From NCBI RefSeq assembly GCF_006345805.1, contig NC_042997.1, positions 25,296,001 to 25,360,000 of the forward strand: 64,000 nt of DNA, in the 5' to 3' direction. Positions within the stretch are counted from its first letter, which is position 1. Every line of letters begins with the position of its first letter. Shown here piece by piece: positions 1-12,879 of the stretch. The notes beneath the pieces were generated by a model. The model ran no database searches. It saw nothing but the letters and a program-made list of their open reading frames with translations, and had not been told where the DNA came from. The DNA is from Octopus sinensis. Its lineage: Eukaryota. Made by a program: the position numbers and the translations under genes.

Positions 1-1942
1 TCAGGTTCCGCATTCTAATTATCTCTATTCCCAGGTCTTTGTATTTTGAGAGTTTCTCCATTTCTTTTAGAGACTCGTTGTCATCTGCCGGTATTGATAC
101 ATCAATTAGAAAGCATTCTTTTCTTCATGATCTCTAACAACTATATTTGGTCTGTTGGCCTTAATTTCTCAGTCTGTATGTATTGGCATATCCCAGAGTA
201 TGGTTGCTTTCTCTTTTCCTGTGACCTTTTCTGGTGTGTGCCTATACCATCTTTTTTCTGTTGTTATTCCATAATGTTGGCATAGCTTCCAATGTATGTA
301 GGTCCCAAATCTGTCGTGTCTGTGAATACATTCCTTCTTAGCCAGGATTGGGCAGTCAGAGATTATATGATATATTGTTTCTTGTCCATCTCCACCTATT
401 CTGCAATTACTTGTTATATTTCATTTCATTACATGTTTTTGGTAATTTCTAGTGGGGAGGCTTTGGTCTTGTGCTGCAATTAGAATCCCTCTGTCTCTGC
501 TTTGAGTCCTGAGCTTCTCAACCATTGCTGGGATTTTTATATGTCTATTTCTTTTGCATTTAGTTTACTCCACTATTTGCCATGAAGGGGTTTTTCTTTC
601 CATCGTTTTATCATGGTCCGTTGCTGTTCTAGTTTTAGTTTGGATTTCATTTGTTTTATAGTTTTTGTTGTTTCTTCTTCTTCTTCTTCTTCTTCTTCTT
701 CTTCTTCTTCTTCTTCTTTTCTTCTTTTCTTCTTCTTCTTCTTCTTCTTTTCTCTTCTTCTTCTTCTTCTTCTTCTCTTCTTCTTCTTCTTCTTCTTCTT
801 TATATTTTTTAGGTGGTATGATTTCTTGTTTGTATTTGTCAGCTTCCTTAAATACTGAGAACAGTTTTTTGTTTTGCTCGTGTTTTGCCGCTATTTGTAT
901 CAGTTTTCCTTCCTTCTGAAGTAGATATTTTTGCAGTCCTATGGTGGTTATTTTATAGTAGTTTTCCAGCTGTATAAGGCCTCTACCACCTTCTATACGT
1001 TGTATATATAGCTTTTCTATGTCAGATTTTGGGTGATGCATCCTGGATCCTGTCATTATTTTTCTTGTTTTCCTATCTATTTTGGTCAGTTCATTTAGTG
1101 TTCAGTTAAGGATATTGTAGCTGTAACTTATAGCTGGGACGTCTGAAGTTTTAATACCTATTATCTTGTTTTTAGCATTTAGCTCTGTTTTTAGTATTGA
1201 TCTAACTCGTCTATAATATTCTTTTTTTATTTTCTCTTTCATTTGTGTGTTGTGTCTTATCTAGTTCATGGATTCCTAAGTATTTGTAAGTTTGGCTTTG
1301 ATCTAATTCTCTTATTTCATTGGTTTTATCTAGTGTGATGTTGCTACTCTTAACTAGTTTTCCCCTTTTCAGGGTTACTTTGGCGCATTTTTCTAATCCA
1401 AATTTCATATATATTTCTTTGGTAAATCCATGAACTGTCTTTAGTAGTGTTTCCAGCTGTTTGTCATTTGTAGCGTATAGTTTTAGGTCATCCATATATA
1501 AAAGGTGGCTGATCGTTTTGCCGTAACATTTATATCCGCATCCAGTTCTATTTAGCATAGAGGTGACAGTACCAAGCAGAATAGGAGTGGAGAGAGCGTG
1601 TCTCCCTGGAATATTCCTCTTCTAATGGGGATGTCTTTGGTCTTCACGAGTTCCTCTTTTCTTTGGAGCTGTAGCATTGTCTGTCATTTATTCATAGAGT
1701 GTCCTATGTATTTTATAATTGTTGTTGCTACTTTGTTTATAGCTAGTGTTTCGAGGATCCATGTGTGGGGGATGCTGTTAAACGCGTTTCTGTAGTCGAT
1801 CCAGGCCATACTGAGGCCTTTCTTCTTTCTATGGCTGTCTTCAGTTATGGCTTTATTGATCATTAGTTGATCTTTACAGCCATATGCGGCATCCTTTCTG
1901 CTTTTCTGGAAACAGGTGGTTTTCGTCCAGGTGCTTGTTCAA
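1..1942 (-). mobile_element. 5'-truncated, frameshifted R4/Dong-like non-LTR retrotransposon (RT + RLE endonuclease), running off the window start
   Basis: Minus-strand pieces read QKGCR..GCKDQLMINKA..MAWIDYRNAFNSIPHTWI (RT), SHLLYMDDLKLY..FGLEKCAKV..YKYLGI (ORF 1211-1558), HPKSDIEKLYIQRIEGGRGL (ORF 565-1056) and ILWDMPIHTD..ANRPDIVVRD..FLIDVSIP..KYKDLGIEI (RLE). The 5' end abuts (TAA)n. Confidence 0.9.
673..800. repeat. (TTC)n microsatellite inside the R4/Dong ORF
   Basis: Direct reading; gives the poly-E/K/R run in ORF 565-1056. Confidence 0.95.
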
Positions 1943-1990
1943 TCTTTGAACAAGCACCTGGACGATAATAATAATAATAATATTAGTATT

Positions 1991-2311
1991 TTTAAATATT
2001 TGTTGTGCAAGATTTTTTATGTGAAGTCGTGTGTTGAAACAGATATTGTTGTATTTAGGAATGGTCATTTTGCCAGTTTAGCCAATAAAAATAAAATTGC
2101 TGACGGTTAGTAAGGAGAGACACAAATAAGTAACAAGAAAACAAAGGACCACTGATGCGGTCACAGGAGTGTGACGAAAGAACTCTGGCCGAAATAAGAT
2201 TAAGATTAATGTAAAAAATAAATAACACTGAAGCAAAGTAACACCAAATATATAGTGCGTGTGTTTTTATTGGCTAAACTGACAAAATGACCATTCCTAA
2301 ATACAACAATA
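1991..2311. mobile_element. Divergent inverted pair of Penelope-like pLTR/ORF-start fragments
   Basis: 48-bp inverted repeat 2044-2091/2264-2311. The minus copy encodes MTIPKYNNICFNTRLHIKNLAQQI, homologous to MTHPRHNRICFNTRIHIKKLVNQI at the start of the PLE ORF (41372). Flanked by the direct repeat AATAATATTAGTATT (1976-1990, 2308-2322). Confidence 0.7.
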
Positions 2312-2319
2312 ATATTAGT

Positions 2320-2330
2320 ATTATTATTAA

Positions 2331-2405
<75 letters not shown>

Positions 2406-2420
2406 TTATTATTATTATTT
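2320..2420. repeat. (TTA)n microsatellite
   Basis: Direct reading. Confidence 0.95.
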
Positions 2421-2864
2421 TTCCCTTTTACAACTTTTTTGTAAATATCCGATTTTCCCCTATTAGCCCATCCATATTCTCCCTTTTGTATCTAATTATA
2501 TTTTATTTTATTAAATATTTTTTGAAGTTCTTCCAAAAACTCCGCACACTGATGAAAATGACAATGCTTAAATTTAATTATAATTTCTATGCTTATAATT
2601 TTTTTATTACATATTTGTATTGTCTTTTGAAACGTGTGTATGTATTGAATCGAATTTGCTATTAAATGTAATTTTGACTCAACATCTTTCATTCCCCTAT
2701 TCCTTATATACTTGGTTATGGTATGGTAATACCTATAATGAAAATTGGCAACTACTATTTTCATATTCTTATTACTTGCTCTGGCTGAATCTTTATAAGA
2801 AATCAGTCATTCTCTCTTTTTGGATCCCTCAAAAAGTTTGAATTGTTCTTTTTGAAAGTTTTGT

Positions 2865-2904
2865 CATATGTATATATAGTGTGTGTGTGTTTGTGCATAT
2901 ATGT

Positions 2905-2987
<83 letters not shown>

Positions 2988-3247
2988 AATATATATATAT
3001 ATATATGCATATATGTATATATATATATATATATGTGTATATATGGCATATGTTATATATGTAAATATATATTATATATATATTTTTATCCATCTATATG
3101 TGTATGTATGATATATATATATATGTATATATATATATGAATATATACTATATGTACATACATGCATACACACCTACACACACACACATATATATATATA
3201 TGCATATATACATACATATATGTACATACATTACATAATATATATAG

Positions 3248-3280
<33 letters not shown>

Positions 3281-3707
3281 GAATACACACGTCACATATA
3301 CTTGCTCTTACATGTATGCACACATATATAAATTCAGCGTTAAATATAAGGTTTCCACTCACACACTGTCTGTATGTGAGTGTGTACATGTGTGTGAGTA
3401 TGTTTTCATCTATATGTTTATCTATGTTTGCACATTGTATATATACTCATACAATTAAAAACTAAAATACAAATTGAGAAAGTAAGGCATACATACATAT
3501 AGCCCCTAACAGTGTTCTTTATATAAGTGAAAAGAAAATAATTACTTCTTCGTGATGTATGTGTTTGTATGTGCTTGTGAATGTATATATATATCTATAT
3601 ATATATATATATATATATATCTACGTGCACACGTACATATACGCATACATCTTCGACAAACCCCGCACATATATATATATGAACACTATGCAGCTATATA
3701 TATGTTA

Positions 3708-3743
<36 letters not shown>

Positions 3744-3791
3744 TACACACACACGAGTATACACACTCATACATATAATATATATATATAT

Positions 3792-3835
<44 letters not shown>

Positions 3836-4149
3836 ATATAGAGCTATATATATTATGTTTTATAAATAAAGAATTAAAGCATGTCGGAGTGAGAAAAAAT
3901 CATTACTAAATGGGATGGACGAAGTATATCGATGTGTGTGAGCGCGGGTAGGCACACATACGTGACTGAGTGTTTGTGTGTGTGTGTGTGTGTGAGTGTA
4001 TGTGTGTGTATGTGTGTGTATCTGCTATTTTGTGCATGTATTTATTCTGATGCAAAATTATCCTTTCACTTGCGTATATATTCTAAGAGTTCTCTCAACA
4101 AAGCTCATAAAAACACACACATACACTTTCTCTCTCTCTCTCTCTCACT

Positions 4150-4181
<32 letters not shown>

Positions 4182-4200
4182 CACACACACACAGAAACAC

Positions 4201-4232
<32 letters not shown>

Positions 4233-4602
4233 CACACACAGAAACACATGCCAAAAAAATTACATCGAAATTAAACAAGAACAGAATTCAACAAATTTTC
4301 CTTAAGAATAAAAAAAAAAACATATGTTAGTGCAAACAAACACAAAACAAAATATGCTACACAAATTTGTTCATTCCTTTCATTCGAACTTCAATTTCTG
4401 TGCCATTTCTAATTATTTGTCAGGCTTCATAAAGAAGGAAAAGGGGAAAATATATTTAGCTATCGTTTCCTCGAAGTAAATAAGTGGAAAATACTGAAAC
4501 AGACTAACGAAGAATTTCTGTATTAAGATGTTTTATATTAAAAATCACACACACACACACATATAGATATAGATATATATGTATATGTATATATACATAC
4601 AT

Positions 4603-4634
<32 letters not shown>

Positions 4635-5011
4635 CTATATATATATATATATAGGTAAACAGTAAAAATAATTACAGACATGGACAAGAACATGAAACAC
4701 CACAGAGACGACACAAGAACCACAGGACGGGACATTCGAAGCCCTCAGTCATCAGTCAAGAACCAGATCATCGATTGCTCCGATATGGCCAGCCCGCCAA
4801 GGGAAATCTAAGCCAAGCGCATTAGATCCCCTGGAAGAAAGCTTCGAATGTATACAACACGAGGACGGAAAACGAACGAAGTACACGAACAAAAATACAG
4901 AATACGTGACACCAATAAGAATACAAAAACGTAAAAACAATAACGGTAAAAATAAAAAATAAACAACAAAACAAAACCAGGACGTAGGACAAGGGTCTTT
5001 CGACAGGTGTG

Positions 5012-5044
<33 letters not shown>

Positions 5045-5072
5045 ATATATATATACATTTATATATTTATGC

Positions 5073-5147
<75 letters not shown>

Positions 5148-5499
5148 CATATATATATAATATATATATATATACATATATAGATAAGTTTTAAGAATGC
5201 AACATAGAAAAGTGTCTTTAAATATATGTACACAGTCACACACAATCACACACACGCACAGATACACACACATGTAGATATGGAAATACGCTGACACACT
5301 CGAATAGGTAGATTGATATATATGTGAATCTACATATTACGCTGATATAAATCCATATGCACTCATGTTTATTTATGCATTTGTACTAGTGTGATTGGAT
5401 GCACCTATATATCGATTTGTCCTGTTTATAAGTATACCATATGTTATACCATATCTGTACCTATGTATGCATACGTCTATCACTCTCACTCCTCTCTCT

Positions 5500-5545
<46 letters not shown>

Positions 5546-5550
5546 GTATA
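2865..5550. repeat. Cluster of (TA)n, (CA)n and (TACA)n microsatellites with short unique spacers
   Basis: Direct reading; ORFs here are IY/HT/CV repeat translations. Confidence 0.9.
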
Positions 5551-5925
5551 ATTACTTTGAGATTTTGAATCATCTTTCAACGTGTGATATTCATCACCTG
5601 TTCAGTGCAGATCCCTAAAAACATTCTTTCAAATCTATTGTTCCATTCTATTGGCAGTGGATAGAAGGGAAATCGCGTCTCTTATTTTGCTCTAAGTAGC
5701 CTTACTTGTAATCATTTGAATATGTTAACGTGATCTTGAGTTTAACCTGATTTGAATATAATTTCTTCATGACCTCATTATTTGTATATGGATGTGGTAA
5801 CAGGTACAGTTTATGAGAATGGTTCCTGAATGGATGCATTATTCTTTTGAGCCGGTTTTAGTGGTTTTAAAGTGAGTTTCAGGAAGGTTTAGAGCTTGTG
5901 ATGACGACAATTTTATTGGATTAAA

Positions 5926-6663
5926 GGATCTTTTCGCTTTGACTGCACTTTTTGAAATTTAAAATTAAGCGAACAATCTCAAATTTGGTGTATTGATCTA
6001 ATATTTCACGCTGAATCGCATTGTTTATTTCAATTGTCCCAAAATTTTCTTTCATTTTTAAGTTACAGAGCTTTTTTAAAGTTTGATATCTTTTACCGAG
6101 TCAGCGAAGAAGAATTTGGAAGCTGTCATTTTGTGTGTGACTGCAATCGTAAGACGAAAACACAATATTGTTAACGTTGCGACAATAACGCGTGTTTTAA
6201 GTATCTAATAAGCGAAAAATGATAGAAAAACATGTAAGCAACACATATTTTGTAGTTTTAAATATTCAATATGCCTTTAATGTAAAGGTAAAAAAAAAGA
6301 GCAATTAACACATTTTATAGTTTTAAGAGGATAAAAAAATAAACTAAGTTCCATTTCGAAAAAAAAAAAAGAGCAAGCAGTATATATTGATTTTCATAAA
6401 CCCACGTGGTTTTACAGGAAAGTGCCAACGCTTGTCTTGTTACTCTGGAAACAATCACTTATATATGTGTGGCTCTCGATTGTCTAAAATTACCCAAAAT
6501 CTGTAAACTTTAAAAGCTATAAAAGTGTTTATTTATTAATTAATTGCTAAAATGAAATTCGTGTCAATAATAAGCATACAAAACTACATCAATAGACCAA
6601 ATTTGAAATCAATTGAAATAAAATGGGAGAAATTAAAAAGCGACATACAAACAGAAAATATCT
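5926..6663. mobile_element. Decayed MITE-like element
   Basis: Left end GGATCTTTTCGCTTTGA resembles the TIR of the 25087 MITE. Subterminal inverted repeat TCAAATTTGGTGTATTGATCTA (~5979-6000) / TACATCAATAGACCAAATTTGA (~6584-6606). Confidence 0.4.
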
Positions 6664-6927
6664 AGATTAAATAACTTCGTTACACTGTGGAGAATAAAAT
6701 TGTATCATATATTTTATTCAGGTATGATAATATACTGCAAGGAAAGGATCCCTTTGCTCATGAATGACAACGAGATTGCACCTAGTAAGTTATCCTTCGA
6801 GGCACAAGTCCGGACGACGTTGTTTATAGAAAACCAGTAGTTGCCTACGCATACTGGAAAGCAGTTCATTCGACTGCTCGCTTCCTAAATACTTGTTTCA
6901 ACTTCCATCTATTTTGCAAATCCATAA

Positions 6928-7156
6928 GGCGGCGAGCCGGCAGAAACGTTAGCACGCCGGGCGAAATGCGTAGCCGTATTTCGTCCGCCGTTACGTTCTG
7001 AGTTCAAATTCCGCTGAGGTCGACTTTGCCTTTCATCCTTTCAGGGTCGATAAATTAAGTACCAGTTACGCACTGGGTTCGATATAATCGACTTAATCCG
7101 TCTGTCTGTCCGCGCTTGTCCTCTCTGTGTTTAGCCCCTTGTGGGTAGTAAAGAAA
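6928..7156 (+). mobile_element. SINE family A (tRNA-like head, GCCTTTCATCCTTTCGGGGTCGATAAA core, Tx1-like tail)
   Basis: GGCGGCGAGC(C/T)GGCAGAAACGTTAGC head, B-box-like GAGTTCAAATTCC, tail GTTTAGCCCCTTGTGGG; more than 10 copies in the window. The core resembles the Meta/MESC-type SINE domain (from memory). Confidence 0.9.
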
Positions 7157-7473
7157 GAAAAAATTAATTGAAAATGCTGAATAATTTCTTTTGTTTCTAG
7201 AGGATTGCGGTGGTTTTTATCGTCTTTTTTTTTTGATTAGCATAAAAAAAAGAAATAAAAATCCAAGAATGTAATAAGCAACGACGAAATGAGATAAAGA
7301 AAGAAACAATGAGAAATTGAGAACAGTCATACCTATAAACATGAACAGGCATACATACAAACATGAGTGTAAGGAAATTTAGAGAAGGAAAGAAAGAGAA
7401 TGAGGAGAATAGAAGTTGATAACTCATAAATCGGAGTTGAAAACTCATAAATCTAACACTCACAGACACACGC

Positions 7474-7633
7474 AGGGATTAAGTCGATTATATCGACCCC
7501 AGTACGTAACTGGTACTTAATTTATCGACCCCGAAAGGATGAAAGGCAAAGTCGACCTCGGCGGAATTTGAACTCGGAAAGTAACGGCAGACGAAATACG
7601 GCTACGCATTTCGCCCGGCGTGCTAACGTTTCT
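7474..7633 (-). mobile_element. SINE family A, partial
   Basis: Reverse complement of the family A head and core. Confidence 0.85.
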
Positions 7634-8357
7634 ACCACGAACACACAAGAACATACAACACATGCACATCGATATACAAGCAATCAAACAGCTTTCTGGA
7701 CACGTTCATCAGAATTAACTTTCATTATGATAAGTTGCAAAGAAGAAATTACAGCAACACGAACTACAAACACTCGATCCACCAAATCAAGAGCTAAAAA
7801 TCTACCAGTGTTTCACTCATCATTAATCTCAATCTTGATCAATTACCTATATTGAGGATAATATTTATAATTTTCATAGGAATACATTTTTCCATCTCAC
7901 ACTGACAGATACAGTAAAAATTTTAATAATAACAATAATAAGGTTAGTTAGAGTCGTTCAGCAAAATAAAGAATTATATACTCAACTATAGCCTTTATTT
8001 TCACATACCACGCAATGACACCCACTATAGAGACGCAGCTAGATGTTCACTCGAAATACCTGCTATATAGAGGTGATGTACAAAAGTATAAGTGGACCAG
8101 CACCGGACCAATTGCTAATGACTCAAAGTTTCATTTTATACAATATGTGCCTAAGTTCAGAAAAAAGGATAATGATTGAGAAAATGTTACTGCTCTCTCA
8201 AAACATGTGATGTAATTGTAGGATTGAATGCCTAATTCTATCTTAAAACCGGATAAAGGCCTGCAAGCAATCGGATCAGTGGAACGTCTAAATGGTTCTG
8301 CATCCTTGACCTTCTCATAACCTTCACCCCTTTTCCGCCAACCTATATCATCGCATC

Positions 8358-8772
8358 TAATTTCTTTATTGCCCACAAGGAGCTAAACATAGAGGGGGCA
8401 AACAAGGACAGACAAAGGGATTAAGTCGATTACATAGACCCCAGTGCGTAACTGGTACTTATTTAATCGACCTCGAAAGGATGAAAGGCAAAGATTGATC
8501 TCGGCGAAATTTGAACTCAGAACGTAGCGACAGACGAAATACCTATTTCTTTACTACCTACAAGGGGCTAAACACAGAGGGGACAAACAAGGACAGGCAA
8601 ACGGATTAAGTCGATTACATCGACCTCAGTGCGTAACTGGTACTTAATTTATCGACCCGAAAGTATGAAAGGCAAAGTCGACCTCCGCAGAATTTGAACT
8701 CCGAACATATAACGGCAGACAAAATACCGCTAAGCATTTCGCCCGACGTGCTAACGTTTCTGCCAGCTCGCC
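8358..8772 (-). mobile_element. SINE family A tandem dimer
   Basis: Two cores and two tails. The first tail is followed directly by GTATTTCGTCTGTCGCTACG (junction ~8543). Confidence 0.9.
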
Positions 8773-8900
8773 ACTTTCTCGTCGGATCATATTAATCCTC
8801 ATGCAATCCTTCATCTTAACCCCTAAGTAAGCTGAAGTGTAATTCACTCAAGAACAATGTGGATATACACAGAAAATTGAACAGGATTCCCACTGCTATA

Positions 8901-9110
8901 TACGAAGATGTACTGAAAATTTCGTGACTTTTGGTTAAAGAAAATACAGGAGAATCAGTTAGTTATGATTTTATTAAACATATTCCCTTCTTAGATTCAC
9001 ACACTTATTGCAGCGGTCATTCAGTTTTTCGCAGCCCTGTAAAAGAACTTGGGATGCTGGGTCACCAACTAGGCTTTTAACAACACCATTAAATCCTGAA
9101 ACATTTCAGC
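8901..9110 (-). mobile_element. Mariner 3'-end remnant
   Basis: Minus strand reads approximately FFYRAAKKLNDRCNKCVNLRREYV* (mariner transposase C-terminus, one frameshift), followed by a TIR-like end TACGAAGATGTACTGAAAATT. Confidence 0.55.
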
Positions 9111-9294
9111 ACCTCCACGTTTGGCTTGTCTAACCAGCGTGGAATAATTTGGTTGCCTGTCTGTAGTGTAATATGTAATCCTGTCAAAACTTTAACGCTA
9201 GATACTTTCTCCGAGTCGAGTCCTGTCTCTAGTGCTACTTTTGCAGTACCAGTCCGAATATGTGCTTATTATATATATATATATCTGTGTGTGT

Positions 9295-9327
<33 letters not shown>

Positions 9328-9782
9328 CATGCATGCGTGTGTGTGTGTGTGTGTGTGCTAGTGTGAATGTGTATTTGTGTGAGAGTGTGTGTATGTATGT
9401 GTGTGTTGACCAATGTATTATAGTTTAAATTGTTTATTTTGCACTCTGAGTATTCGCTTATTCAGCTACCCATTAATTTTTATATATTTATGATTTTGCA
9501 ATATAGTGACTGTACATTTATTATCCGATCTTTTTATGTTTTAGAACTGGTTCAAGTGATCTCAAACGAATATTCTATATTTTACCTTTAATAATTATAT
9601 TTATAAACATTTATATATATATTTTGTGTATCTATATATTGTATATTTTATGTAAGGTGGTGTGTATTTCGAAGAAATATATTGAGGAAAATAATCTGAT
9701 TTTTGCTTGTCAATAACTCGAAAGGTGCCTTTTCATTAGAACCTATATTACTCTATGTGTATACATACATGCATGCATACAT

Positions 9783-9862
<80 letters not shown>

Positions 9863-9885
9863 ATATATATATATATATATGTATG

Positions 9886-10444
9886 TATAAAATTTAGAGG
9901 AATACCACTGAAGTGGACACCCTATATGCTAAACATAGACGTCAAATCGTCATTACCACTGGTTTTAATTGATTAATATCAGTTTCTACCCTTATTATTA
10001 AATTTTAAATAAAAAATGTTCTCTAACCAGTAAATTGGCTGCTGTAATTTATTAACTGCAGGGTAATTTCTGACCTCAGCGCGCCAAAATGTAGACACTT
10101 GAAAAAAATACACCCAAATATAAAATGTAGAACTTTATACATGATCGATTTCGGTAGAGCGTTCTGTATCTAGTTCTGGAAATTGTGTTTTGTAATCGAC
10201 AGACTATGCTGATGATCTTGCAGATATTTGCGTGTTTATATACCTAAATATTAACAAGTGAAACCATGGTACGTAGGTAATCGTTTTTTATTTCGTATAT
10301 TTTCATTTGTCTTGTTTATTTTTACATTTTGGCGTTGTTGCTGAGATTTTTTCCTGAGAACACACTCTTCGTGGTAATGACGGTTTGATGTCTATGTTTA
10401 GCATAGAGAGTGTCCACTTTAGTGTTATTCGTCTAAATTTTGTA
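9886..10444. mobile_element. MITE with ~75-bp imperfect TIRs in a TA context
   Basis: TATAAAATTTAGAGGAATACCACTGAAGTGGACACC..CATTACCAC versus GTGGTAATG..GTGTCCACTTTAGTGTTATTCGTCTAAATTTTGTA. Confidence 0.75.
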
Positions 10445-10548
10445 TGTAACATAATTTTTAATCTTCGGATTTTTAGATATGCCAAGCCACTGATTTTAAT
10501 TGATTAATATCAATTTCTACCCTTATATTAATATATATATTATATATA

Positions 10549-10586
<38 letters not shown>

Positions 10587-11129
10587 GCATACATATATAT
10601 GCACTTGTGTTGTGAAGTGTTTCTATTCTATAAGGTGTGTCTTAGTAACAGGCTGTTTCAAATTTCGCACTCTCTACTGTCCTACATCTATTTTTTTTAT
10701 TTATGTTGACTCACTCATTGATAATTAGCTCATCTGGTGATGCACACATCTGGATATGTTATTTTTTCTGATAGCATTTAATATTGTTTCTCCTGTCATT
10801 GCATCCGTATTCAATTCCTTCCAATTCATCTCTTAATTACACGCATCTTCTCATCAATTTCCTTCTTCATGTAAGGCTTTCGTTGAACTCATTAACTTTT
10901 TTAATTGGCTAGCAGTGAACCAATATAGAAAAATATGTAGCATCATTAAAAAGCTAATATCTCCGGTTGAAGCGATTAAATTCTCTGCCAGTGATCTGTG
11001 GGACGGATAAAACCTCAAGCAGAACAATACTTAACATTTTGTTCCCTATTTACTTATAGCAGTGTGCCATATTTGTGTTAGCGCCACAACACAGTGAAAA
11101 ATGGGAACAATGCTGAATTTATTGACGTA

Positions 11130-11400
11130 CTAGCAGCATAGCCCGGCGTTTCCCGGGTATGTAAGATACTTTGTCGATAAGCAATGCCCTTTACATCTTT
11201 ACATGTCGAATTTATCGATTTTTTTCAGAACTGGGGGAACTTTTCAAAATTTTCGCTGCGTTAGTTTGGAATTATGATGTTGGTCTATGTGTGTGTCAAG
11301 TTTCATCAGAATCGGTTGAAAGCCGTGGTCAGGGTGAGGGTACAACCTGACAGACACACAGACAGACACACAGACAAACTGCCTTTTATATAGAGAGAGA
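11130..11400 (-). mobile_element. Non-autonomous Helitron
   Basis: Minus strand begins TCTCTCTCTATATAAAA and ends with GC-rich hairpin CCCGGGAAACGCCGGG plus CTAG. Inserted between A and T, no TSD. Confidence 0.85.
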
Positions 11401-11647
11401 TAATGTTAACAGCGAGCATTTCTCCATCATACACTTTATGATGTGTTAAGTTGATGCTATGCATTCAGACTAGTTTTAAGGATATAACTAAATAACTAAA
11501 TCTAATTTTTCATGATTATCTGATTTGTGTGAGACTTTCTTTCATAAGTAAAATTAATTGAAGTCTATTTAGGTGTCTATATGAATCGCTGGAAAATAAT
11601 GTACAACTTATAAAGTAGTTCTAAGAATATAATATAATATTGTTGTT

Positions 11648-11946
11648 TGTTCCTTTTCGAGCCATGCCTGGCTCATGAGGACCAGTTTCTCGGTTTCATT
11701 GACCTACAGGTTCCTCACATGGACAGGACGCCGATCCGTCGCAAGTGAGCTGCTAGATGCAGGAAGAAAGAGTGAGAGAAAGTTGAGGCAAAAGAGTCAG
11801 CAGGAGTTCGCCTTTACTTTCTGCCGGAGCCGCGTAGAGCTTAGGTGTTTCGCTCATAAACACACACATCGCCCGGTCTGAGATTCGAACCCGCGATATC
11901 TCGACCGCGAGTTTGCTGCTTTAGCTACTAGGCCATATGCTTCCAC
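11648..11946 (-). mobile_element. SINE related to family C (same tRNA head and core, different 3' tail)
   Basis: Shares GAGTGAGAGAAAGTTG and CGCCCGGTCTG..GACCGCGAG with 29842-30227; the tail differs. Confidence 0.7.
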
Positions 11947-12081
11947 TCAAGAAAATATGCTTTGGGTAAAATGAATGAGGTGGATAAGATTAGATGCTAT
12001 CAAGGTGGATAGGATTAGATGCAACTAAAGCAGAATTTTGAGAAAAAAAACAAAAAAAAAACAAAACAAAGATGTATTAGA

Positions 12082-12181
12082 NNNNNNNNNNNNNNNNNNN
12101 NNNNNNNNNNNNNNNNNNNNNNNNNNNNNNNNNNNNNNNNNNNNNNNNNNNNNNNNNNNNNNNNNNNNNNNNNNNNNNNNN
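12082..12181. other. Assembly gap (100 N)
   Basis: Run of N; probably a scaffolding placeholder of unknown true size. Confidence 0.99.
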
Positions 12182-12257
12182 TTTCAGTTTCCGTCTACCA
12201 AATCCACTCACAAGGCATTGGGTCGGCCCGGAGCTATAGCAGAAGACACTGCCCAAG

Positions 12258-12258
<1 letters not shown>
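12182..12258 (-). mobile_element. SINE family B fragment cut by the gap
   Basis: Nearly identical to 40682-40758. Confidence 0.85.
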
Positions 12259-12313
<55 letters not shown>

Positions 12314-12879
12314 TTATTATGTATGATGTATGTTTATATAATTATATATATATATATATTATATATGCAGTATGTATGTATGTGTGTGTGTAATATATAC
12401 GCGCATACATCTATGCATATACGTATGGAACTGGATCAGTATATAGACAAGGAGATAGAGAGCGCATGCGGTGAATGATGTATAATGATTAAAAGCAACC
12501 TTATGTGCGCAAATCTCACTCTTTTTACGTTCACCTCACTCTCATTCATTTTCCCTCTCTCCTGCATCCTCTCTGAATATATACATATATGTATATGCAT
12601 GCACACAAACGCACATATACACACATACATACATGCACGCACTCACTCACACACATATTTATCTGTATATGTTTACTAACACGTGTTTTTAGCTGACACC
12701 TTGCTCTCGAAAAACAGGTGCGCATGACCATTTAGAACGAGATGAATCGCTCGTGAGTCGGATAGAAAATCTCACTCCATTTGTTTTAAATCTCTGTACT
12801 ATGAGATCAAATCTCGCTGAAGTCAATTATGCCTTTCATCTTTTTCATGGTCGAAGAGACATAAGGAATCCGTGACATT

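Noticed and set aside
4720-4770. CTGATGA on minus as a hammerhead
   Set aside because: Followed by GAAT rather than GAAA and stems are unconvincing; may be a decayed pLTR but unsupported.
2800-5600. Many IY/HT/CV-rich ORFs (also at 14-16 kb, 26 kb, 33-37 kb, 41-44 kb)
   Set aside because: Dinucleotide repeats lack stop codons; artefactual.
5921-6280. TTAA|AGG..CCT|TTAA as a Kolobok/piggyBac-type element
   Set aside because: Terminal match is only 3 nt; no real TIR at those ends.
8131-8376. 81-aa ORF next to a SINE tail
   Set aside because: Starts inside the SINE tail; no recognisable domain or clear splice sites.
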